Assembly (NCBI GenBank): GCA_964594835.1
Contig: CAZQNA010000001.1
Location: 257,089 to 296,733, forward strand
DNA: 39,645 bases
Source: an uncultured Nitrososphaerota archaeon
Lineage (GTDB): Archaea; Korarchaeota; Korarchaeia; Korarchaeales; Korarchaeaceae
Direction of reading: 5' to 3'
Part shown: in pieces, positions 32,712 to 39,645 of the stretch
How the letters are laid out: every line of letters begins with the position of its first letter
How positions within the stretch are numbered: position 1 is the first letter of the stretch
Program-made: the position numbers and the translations under genes
The notes under the pieces: model-generated
What the model was told of the DNA's origin: nothing
Databases searched by the model: none
Seen by the model: only the letters and a program-made list of their open reading frames with translations

Positions 32712-33458
32712 TTACTTAAGGCGGTAGAACTCGAGGTACCACCTGAACTTGTGAGAGGTGCTTCTCTCGAGGACGAAGCCCCTCCTCGCCGCAACGAATC
32801 TGAAGATCCACGGCGCCCACAGGTGGAACTCCAGCTCCTCAAACCTCCCGGTGTCGAGGTAGTGGAACAGCCTCTTGACCGCCCCGTCCGTGCCGCTGTA
32901 CCCGGAGTGATAGGAGACCACCGCCCCCGCTCTGAAGGGCTCCACCCTGACGTCCCTGTACCCCCCAGCGGCCAAGAGCTGGATGAAGTCCGAGTACTCC
33001 ACCAGGAGTCCCCCGCCAGGGACGAGCACCCTGGCCATCTCTCCCAATACGGTCCACATGTCCTCGAGTGAGAAGTGGGGGAGGCTGTTGCCGAGGAAGA
33101 CGACGTAGTCAAAGCTGTCGTCGGGGAGGGGTATCTGCCTGGCGTCGCCCCTGAGGAACTTCACCTTGGATCCCCGCCTCCTTGCCACCTCCCTCGCCCT
33201 GTCGACCATGAGGAGCAGCGCGTCGACGCCCACAACCTCGTGGCCGAGCTCCTCGAGCAGGAAAGAGAACGCCCCAGATCCGCAGGCCAGATCCAGAGTT
33301 CTGCCTGGAGGAGTCAGCAGGTCTCTAAGAAACGGGCGCAGGAACTCCGCCCTCTCTCTTGCCTCCTCAGACTCGGGATCGTAGAACATCGGGTGTCTGG
33401 AGTAGAACTCTAACCAGCGGGAGATCTCAGACCTTCCATCGCTCTCGCTGGTGGTCAA
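32712..33458 (-). CDS. Class I SAM-dependent methyltransferase
   Basis: LDLACGSG, VVGVD, GDARQIPLPDDSFDYV, GNSLPHF, LVPGG. Confidence 0.92.
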   Translation of the reverse strand: MTTSESDGRSEISRWLEFYSRHPMFYDPESEEARERAEFLRPFLRDLLTPPGRTLDLACGSGAFSFLLEELGHEVVGVDALLLMVDRAREVARRRGSKVKFLRGDARQIPLPDDSFDYVVFLGNSLPHFSLEDMWTVLGEMARVLVPGGGLLVEYSDFIQLLAAGGYRDVRVEPFRAGAVVSYHSGYSGTDGAVKRLFHYLDTGRFEELEFHLWAPWIFRFVAARRGFVLERSTSHKFRWYLEFYRLK

Positions 33459-33645
33459 GGCCCCTCGCCGAAGTTTAGGATGCTCAAATTAATTAGTTTA
33501 AGCAGGATAAAGGGGGTAGAACCCAACTGTGAGGTCCGCTTAAGGGCACTTTTGAGCCAACCTGGAGACACACCCGGTGACCCGCACCTTGATCGAGGGA
33601 CCTCCCGATCCCCTCCTACTAAGAGGGGACTCCCACAACTCGCAG

Positions 33646-33663
33646 GTAAAAAGTGGGAGGGGC
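33646..33663 (-). terminator. Putative terminator after transcarbamylase
   Basis: Minus strand CCCCTCCCACTTTTTA just after the stop. Confidence 0.45.
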
Positions 33664-33667
33664 TGAC

Positions 33668-34711
33668 TCAGACGCCCCCCATCACGTAGGCCATGATGGC
33701 CTTCTGCACGTGGAGCCTGTTCTCCGCCTCGTCGAAGACCACGCTGTGGGGCCCGTCTATCACGTCGTCGGTGACCTCCATACCCCTGTCCGCCGGCAGG
33801 CAGTGCATGTAGATCACGTCGCTCTTGGCCCTGTCCAGCTTCTCCTGGTCGCATATCCAGTCCTTGTACTGGTTCATCAGGTTGATCATGCCCTCCTTGT
33901 CCACCTCGGGCACGTTGGGCGGCATGAACTTGAGGGATCCCCAGCTCTTGGGGTAGACTATGTCGGCCCCCTCGAAGGCCTCGTTCATGTCGTAGCTGAT
34001 CTCAAATCTGCCGCCGAACTCATCAGCGTTCTTCTTCGCAGCGTCCACTATGTCTGGGTCGAGCTCGAGCCCCCTCGGGTGGGCCAGGACGACGTCGGCC
34101 CCGAACCTGGTGAACGCCAGGATGGCGCTCTGGGGCACTGCGACGGGCTTCACGCCAGCGGAGTAGGCCCAGCTGACGACGACCTTCTTGCCCTCGAGCC
34201 GACCCTTGTGCTCTATGGCGGTCATGACGTCGGCCATGGCCTGGCACGGGTGGTAGATGTCGTCCTCCATGTTGATCACGGGTATGTCGGCCCAGTGGGC
34301 GAACTCCCTGACTATGCGGTCTCCCTTCCCGTAGTACCACTGGACGGGCTTGCCGTAGATCCTTATCGCGATGGCGTGGCCGTACCTGCTCAGCACCCTC
34401 GCCACGTCGGAGATCCTCTCGGTGGTGTAGGCTATCTCCTCACCCTTCAGGGCGGGGGTGTACACGGCGCCGGGCTGGAGGTAGATGCCCTGGCCGCCCA
34501 GCTCGAATATCCCGGTCTCGAAGCTGTTCCTGGTTCTGAGGCTGGCGTTGTAGAACAGCATGAAGAGGGTCTTCCCCTCCAGGAGCCTGTGGGGGATCTC
34601 CTTCCTCTTCTTGTCCTTGAGCTCCATGGCCAGCTTGAGGACGGCCTCGAGCTCCTCTCTAGTCCACTCCTGCGTCGAGATGAAGTCCCTACCTCGCAGG
34701 TTCACGACCAA
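33668..34711 (-). CDS. Ornithine-carbamoyltransferase-superfamily enzyme, knotted (YgeW/AOTC-like) type
   Basis: SLRT, HPCQ, HCLPADRG, AENRLH, loop WAYSAGVKPVAVPQ, YPKSWG; TTG 34711 follows SD GGGGTGA. The longer ORF start at 34918 overlaps the divergent gene. Confidence 0.88.
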   Translation of the reverse strand: MVVNLRGRDFISTQEWTREELEAVLKLAMELKDKKRKEIPHRLLEGKTLFMLFYNASLRTRNSFETGIFELGGQGIYLQPGAVYTPALKGEEIAYTTERISDVARVLSRYGHAIAIRIYGKPVQWYYGKGDRIVREFAHWADIPVINMEDDIYHPCQAMADVMTAIEHKGRLEGKKVVVSWAYSAGVKPVAVPQSAILAFTRFGADVVLAHPRGLELDPDIVDAAKKNADEFGGRFEISYDMNEAFEGADIVYPKSWGSLKFMPPNVPEVDKEGMINLMNQYKDWICDQEKLDRAKSDVIYMHCLPADRGMEVTDDVIDGPHSVVFDEAENRLHVQKAIMAYVMGGV

Positions 34712-34810
34712 AGGGTTTTTCACCCCGGCCCAAAAGTTTCTGAGGGAATCCTCATAAACCTGTCGAGCAAGAGAGGCCCGTTTATTAGCTCGCCGTCCCG
34801 AACCCCCAAG

Positions 34811-35872
34811 ATGCGGGAAGAGCTGGTCTCGCTCCTTGAGAGGCTCTCCACAGCCCCCGGACCGCCGGGCATGGAGGACCGCGTTAGGAGGGTGATAGCG
34901 CAGGAGCTTCGGGGTCACGTTGACAGCCTCGAGGTGGACGCCCTGGGCAACCTAATAGCCGTGAAGAAGGGTTCGAGGCCGGTCAGGGTCATGCTCGACG
35001 CCCACATGGACGAGGTCGCGCTGATGGTGCGCTCCCTCAGGGCTGACGGCTTCCTGGAGATCGTCCCCCTGGGAGGGTTGGACCCGGCCGTCCTGCTCTC
35101 CCAGCGCGTCGTGGTTCACGCGAGGAGCGGGGACGTACCGGGGATCCTGGGAGCCAAGCCAAGGCACGTCATGACTGAGGAGGAGCTGAAGAGGAGGCCC
35201 AAGTTCGACGAGCTCTACGTCGACGTGGGGGCCAGGTCGCGAGAGGAGCTAGAGGCCCTGGGAGTGAGGCCCGGCGACTTCATCACCTTCGACGTCCCGT
35301 TCAGGAGGTTCGGCGACGCGGTCGTCGGAAAGGCCTTCGACGACAGGATGGGGTGCCTCGTCGCCATAGAGGCCCTGAAGGAGCTGCCGGAGGACTCACC
35401 GACCGTGGTGGCGGCCTTCACGGTCCAGGAGGAGCAGGGCCTCCGCGGGGCTGGAGTCGCGGCCTACAGGATCAACCCGGACGTGGCCTTCGCCCTCGAG
35501 GGAACCATAGCCGACGACACCCCCGGCGTGCCGGAGGGCAAGAGGGTCACGGTCCTGGGGGGCGGCCCCGCGATAAGGGTGATGGACAGGAGCATGCTGA
35601 CCCAGAGGCTCGTCCTAGAGCACATGATCCGCGCGGCGGAGGACGCCGGTGTAAGGTACCAGCTCCAGCTTTCGCCGAGGAGCGGGACCGACGCCGGGAG
35701 GATACACCTCACTAGGGAGGGCATACCGACCGGCGTGGTCTCGGTGCCGGTGAGGTACATCCACACCCCGTCCAGCCTCGCCCTGATCTCCGACGTCGAG
35801 GAGACCGTGAGGTACGTCACCCACCTCCTCGGCTCGATAAGATCGGCCGAGCAGTTCCGCCCCTCGATCTAA
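34811..35872 (+). CDS. M42 family metallo-aminopeptidase (TET/FrvX-like)
   Basis: ATG 34811; AHMDEV, KAFDDR, VQEEQGLRGA, GTDAG, RYIHTP. Confidence 0.94.
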   Translation: MREELVSLLERLSTAPGPPGMEDRVRRVIAQELRGHVDSLEVDALGNLIAVKKGSRPVRVMLDAHMDEVALMVRSLRADGFLEIVPLGGLDPAVLLSQRVVVHARSGDVPGILGAKPRHVMTEEELKRRPKFDELYVDVGARSREELEALGVRPGDFITFDVPFRRFGDAVVGKAFDDRMGCLVAIEALKELPEDSPTVVAAFTVQEEQGLRGAGVAAYRINPDVAFALEGTIADDTPGVPEGKRVTVLGGGPAIRVMDRSMLTQRLVLEHMIRAAEDAGVRYQLQLSPRSGTDAGRIHLTREGIPTGVVSVPVRYIHTPSSLALISDVEETVRYVTHLLGSIRSAEQFRPSI

Positions 35873-35877
35873 GAGAC

Positions 35878-36693
35878 CTACGGAGCCAGGGTCAGGGAGA
35901 GCCTGAGGATGAGCCCGTTCAGGATCAGCGGGTTCAGCGGAAAGGCGACCACGTAGGCCCAAGTCGCGAGCGGACCGACCCGCTGACAGAGCCTTACCGA
36001 CCCCAGCATGACCGTCAGGCAGTAGATGAAGACGGCCGCTAGAACGACCCCGTTGAGCCCGGCAGTCACGACGGCGGATCCGATGAGGGCAGGCGCGAGG
36101 TGGAGGAGCGGGCCCGGCCAGTTGAACTCGCCCCCAAACCTCTGGGAGGACACAGCCGCCCCCAGGCACGCCGTGAGCACCGCGGCCCCCAGGCCGACCG
36201 CGGCCGTCAGGAAGAGGGCCGCCTCGATCCACGAGGCCTCGCCGAGTTTCATCATCCCCGCCAGCCACAGAAGCATATCTCCGGCGAGTAATGTCCACCA
36301 GAGAATCCGAGGGCTCGGGCTCTCACCACGCCACTTCTCCGCCGCGGCGAGGCCGATCACCCAGACGATGGACAGGAGACAGAAGACGAAGACGGCGCCG
36401 GCGCCAAGGGTCCGGAAGAAGGGGGGAGTCCACCCCACGCCGAGCAAAACGACTGCGATCGACCTGGGGATGTCCACGCCTGCCAGGTACCCCAGGTCCG
36501 ACGCGCTGAGTCTCTCGAACGGGATTCCAGCCCTCTCCAGCGCCCTGGCCGGGACGAGGACGGCCGCGACCGAGGCTGCGAAGGCCGCCGCAAGAGCCAG
36601 CTCCAGGGGGAGAAGCGAGGTGGCAATCGGCAGGTAGATCATCGCCGCGAGGAGCGAGACGGAGGCCGCGTAGGGCAGCTCAAGCCCGTCCAT
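35878..36693 (-). CDS. Hypothetical polytopic membrane protein
   Basis: 271 aa with many hydrophobic segments; no family recognised. Confidence 0.7.
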   Translation of the reverse strand: MDGLELPYAASVSLLAAMIYLPIATSLLPLELALAAAFAASVAAVLVPARALERAGIPFERLSASDLGYLAGVDIPRSIAVVLLGVGWTPPFFRTLGAGAVFVFCLLSIVWVIGLAAAEKWRGESPSPRILWWTLLAGDMLLWLAGMMKLGEASWIEAALFLTAAVGLGAAVLTACLGAAVSSQRFGGEFNWPGPLLHLAPALIGSAVVTAGLNGVVLAAVFIYCLTVMLGSVRLCQRVGPLATWAYVVAFPLNPLILNGLILRLSLTLAP

Positions 36694-36800
36694 CTCTAGG
36701 CGTAGGTGCGGGGAAATGGCTATAATTGCTTTAGCGAAGGGATGGGGTCGGATCGAACTTTTTATGAAGTGCTGGCACGCAGCTCAGGTGCTGCGTCGCT

Positions 36801-38600
36801 TTGAGGAGAACGTTCCTGTTCCTCTTGATCTCCCTCCTCCTCTCTGCCCCCTCCGCATCCCTCGCATCTTCTGCGGGGAAACCAGCCCCGTTCTCTGATT
36901 ACCGAGAGCTCCCCCTGAACAGGATTCTGTTCCCGCGGATAGGGGCGCCCGCGCTGGCGGAGCCCGGGTCCAGGTTCGAGGCCTTCGTCGCCTGGGTCGC
37001 AGAGGAGGTGCCGGATCCCGATGCCGCCACCTGGAGCGCCTCGCTGGAGTCCCTCTACTCCGAAGCGGGCTCATACGCGCTCACAGTCGAATCGCAGGAG
37101 TTCACCGGCGACTCGTGGCGGCTGGTCCTCGCCCTGCCCGGAGACGTCCAGCCGGGCCTCTACAACCTCACGCTCTCCGCGGGAGGAGTCAGGTACGTGG
37201 AGCCAAACTCGGTGTACGTGCTGGAGCCCAGGCAATCCTCGCTAAAGGTGGCGGTCGCGACCGAGAGCCACTTCAGCCTGAGGAGGGCACCAGGAGACGT
37301 CGCCTTCCGGGAGTCCTTTGTGGACGTTTTGAACACCGTCCAGGCCCTCGGAGTGGACGCCTTCATCCACCTGGGGGACCTGCTGGGAAACGTGTACGAC
37401 GAGGAGACCTTCGCCGCCTTCTACCGCCTCCTAGTCCGATCGAGGGTGCCCGTATTTCTGGTGCAGGGGAACGCCGACTGGGACACCGTGGAGCACGACA
37501 AGTACTACTGGGACAAGTACCTCGGCCCGATCATGCGATACAGGGCCGAGTACCTCTGGATCACCGTGGAGGCGATGAACACAGACACCGGGAGGGTCCC
37601 GGACGAGCTGCTCGACCGGGTGGAGGCCGACCTCGCGGGGACGGGGACCCCCGTGAAGGTCCTCATAGTGCAGTACCCCTACTGGCAGAGCTCGCCGAAC
37701 GCCCAGGAGCGCCTGCCCAGCATCCTGACGGAGGCCAACGTCACCTTGGTCCTGTTCGGTCAGGACGGAACCGACGAGGTGCTCGAGCCGCCGGACAGGG
37801 CCGTGCTCCACATCGCCCCCAAGACCACGCACAGGGCGGTCAGCGGAGGATTCAGGCTCCTTGAGATCTCCAAGTCCGGGCGGATCAGGTACTGGGGTGA
37901 GAGCGTGCCCAACGGACTCCTCAACGTCTCGTACCTCCAGCCGAACGACGGGTCCTCTGAGTCGATGGCGGTGAAGGTCGAGTACGGCGTCTCTGATAGG
38001 GACTACGGCCTGTCCATGTTCGAGGAGGATGGAAGCCTGGTCCTCACGCTGCCCGTGCTCCTGAAGGACGTGGGCAGGGAGATCAGCGTCGAGGGGGCGG
38101 ACGTGGTGCGGCAGTCCAGGCGCGGCGGGAAGGTGGCCCTCCTCCTGAGGGCGGAGGTTACGCCCGGCGGGGACCTCACGGTGAAGGTCCTCCAAGGCGA
38201 GGACTCGATTCCGCCGACGATAATGGTCTACCCGGACGTGGTGGTGAAGAAGGCCACCCTGTACTACGACCTGGCGGACGTGGGACTGGGGGCTGAGTCC
38301 GTGGAGTTCTACTACAGCGAGGACAACTCGAGCTGGACGCCCTGTCCCGTCAAGGTGGTGGAGGAGCACCCGCTGTACTACATCGAGGCCACCAGGCCGA
38401 TGATGTACTACAAGGCGGTCGTGAGGGACGCCGCCGGGAATGTGGGCACCTACTACGGTCAGATAGAGTTCCCCGACCTTGGGCCCACTCAGACGACCCA
38501 GCCACCGGCGGAGAAGGGCGGGATGATCCTGATAGCGGTCGGAGTCGCTGCGCTTGTGGCGATAGCGGCGGTCTCCGTACTCCTGATGAGGAAGAGGTAG
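36801..38600 (+). CDS. Cell-surface protein with degenerate calcineurin-like metallophosphoesterase domain
   Basis: Signal peptide, Ig-like segment (PGLYNLTL), ATESH / HLGDL / QGNAD motifs, PT linker, C-terminal TM helix + RKR. Confidence 0.8.
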   Translation: MRRTFLFLLISLLLSAPSASLASSAGKPAPFSDYRELPLNRILFPRIGAPALAEPGSRFEAFVAWVAEEVPDPDAATWSASLESLYSEAGSYALTVESQEFTGDSWRLVLALPGDVQPGLYNLTLSAGGVRYVEPNSVYVLEPRQSSLKVAVATESHFSLRRAPGDVAFRESFVDVLNTVQALGVDAFIHLGDLLGNVYDEETFAAFYRLLVRSRVPVFLVQGNADWDTVEHDKYYWDKYLGPIMRYRAEYLWITVEAMNTDTGRVPDELLDRVEADLAGTGTPVKVLIVQYPYWQSSPNAQERLPSILTEANVTLVLFGQDGTDEVLEPPDRAVLHIAPKTTHRAVSGGFRLLEISKSGRIRYWGESVPNGLLNVSYLQPNDGSSESMAVKVEYGVSDRDYGLSMFEEDGSLVLTLPVLLKDVGREISVEGADVVRQSRRGGKVALLLRAEVTPGGDLTVKVLQGEDSIPPTIMVYPDVVVKKATLYYDLADVGLGAESVEFYYSEDNSSWTPCPVKVVEEHPLYYIEATRPMMYYKAVVRDAAGNVGTYYGQIEFPDLGPTQTTQPPAEKGGMILIAVGVAALVAIAAVSVLLMRKR

Positions 38601-38605
38601 GTCTC

Positions 38606-38637
38606 ACCCCTCCTTCCCCTCTCTTTTTCTTTCTCTC
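38606..38637 (+). terminator. Pyrimidine-rich terminator
   Basis: Long C/T tract including TTTTTT between convergent genes. Confidence 0.5.
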
Positions 38638-38667
38638 ACGCAGCGGAAACTCAGGGGGCCGAGGAAG

Positions 38668-39555
38668 TCACAGCATCAGCGCCACAGGAGACCCGAGTTC
38701 CACCCCAAGCGACCTGGCCACGGGCCGACACTTGGCCGTCAGCAGCAGGAGCGTGGGCCTCCCCAATCCCTCGGACGGCTCCGTCAAGGTCTCGTAGTGG
38801 CCCATGCCCTTCGCTATGACTAGGTCGGCCTCTTCTATCGCCTTAAGGGCCTCTTTGGTGGCCTCACTCCTGCGGAACCCAAGCCTGGGCCGGACGGTCG
38901 CCGGAATCACGCGCACGCCGCTTGGCACGAGCTGGCGAGCTTCTTCGACGGTGACGTCGTCGAGTATCGGGCCCGGCTTGGCCAACACCGTCACCTCCTT
39001 CCCCATGTCCACGAGGAGGTCGATGAGCAGGGCGTCCACCAGGAACTCCCCGAGGTTGTCGCTCATCAGGACCACGGCCTCCGCCCGCTCGAGGATCGAG
39101 TAGGCCTCCCTCGTGCGGTCCACCGCGAACCCCCTCGACGCCGCCCTCAAGACTGCCTGGAAGGCCTCAGAGGGGTCTATCGGGTGATCCTGCACCCCCA
39201 CCTCCACGGCGTTCGCGGCGGCCGAGAGGAGGGCGGCCTCCCTGAACCGCTCGTAGCCCCCTGGAACCTCTGCCAGGTGCCTCGAGGCCACGGTCCTGAT
39301 GCCGTCCTTCACGCTCTCCATGGCCGCCCTCTTCAGCGGCCCCTTGAGGTCCTCGATCCCGGAGAGCTCCGACACTCTCAGGGCCAGGGCCGTTCCGAGG
39401 TCGGCGGGGACGGCGTCGTCCGACCACATCGCCCTGAATTCCCTCAAGACGGCCATGGCGAGCCTGAAGGCCTCGTCCCTCCCCAGGTTTGTGAGGGAGC
39501 TCAACCTCACTACGCTCGACGAGAGGCATATGGCGCAGAGCGGGCTTACCTTCAC
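38668..39555 (-). CDS. DUF89/ARMT1-like damage-control phosphatase
   Basis: N-terminal CAIC, ANAVE, DNLGE, ILDDVT, AKGMGHYETL, AKC. Confidence 0.9.
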   Translation of the reverse strand: MKVSPLCAICLSSSVVRLSSLTNLGRDEAFRLAMAVLREFRAMWSDDAVPADLGTALALRVSELSGIEDLKGPLKRAAMESVKDGIRTVASRHLAEVPGGYERFREAALLSAAANAVEVGVQDHPIDPSEAFQAVLRAASRGFAVDRTREAYSILERAEAVVLMSDNLGEFLVDALLIDLLVDMGKEVTVLAKPGPILDDVTVEEARQLVPSGVRVIPATVRPRLGFRRSEATKEALKAIEEADLVIAKGMGHYETLTEPSEGLGRPTLLLLTAKCRPVARSLGVELGSPVALML

Positions 39556-39645
39556 AGGCCCGCTGGAGCCAACCCCCTACATAACCCTACCTCCTACCGG
39601 CCCTAGGGAACCTGACAATTCTGAATCACATGGCTCACTGCCGCG

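Noticed and set aside
33653-34810. Apparent 739-aa fusion ORF in front of the M42 peptidase
   Set aside because: The N-terminal part is the antisense frame of the transcarbamylase; the peptidase begins at ATG 34811.
1-39645. CRISPR arrays, tRNA/rRNA genes, transposases or integrases
   Set aside because: No regularly spaced repeats, cloverleaf signatures or recombinase motifs were seen; the repeats at 1-120 and about 28730-28850 are Pro/Thr coding linkers.

Overview
High-GC archaeal genomic DNA (BRE/TATA promoters, GGAGGTGA-type SD sites, overlapping start/stop codons, C-rich + oligo-T terminators), probably from an anaerobic thermophile of the TACK group; the taxonomy is an inference. The first 21 kb carry two back-to-back, separately promoted 11-gene complex I-like operons. 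Operon 1 (1425-10975) follows a hydrogenase maturation protease and has the full NuoA-B-C-D-H-I-J-K-L-N-M layout. Its D-like subunit keeps both [NiFe]-binding CxxC motifs and a cleavable C-terminal tail, so it reads as a group 4 hydrogenase on a complete complex I membrane arm; its N-, K- and J-like subunits carry unusual substitutions at coupling residues. Operon 2 (11150-21177) is a Ni-free nuoABCDHIJKMLN. Neither operon has NuoEFG or FpoF. The rest of the window holds an RHH antitoxin with a frameshifted vapC, two tungsten AOR-family oxidoreductases (one with an Fe-S partner facing a MoaD/SAMP + FAD oxidoreductase pair, one coupled to a tandem hotdog thioesterase), a nitroreductase, Pro/Thr-stalk surface proteins, a methyltransferase, a knotted-type transcarbamylase, an M42 peptidase, a degenerate surface metallophosphoesterase and a DUF89 phosphatase. 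No tRNA, rRNA, CRISPR array or transposase was recognised.
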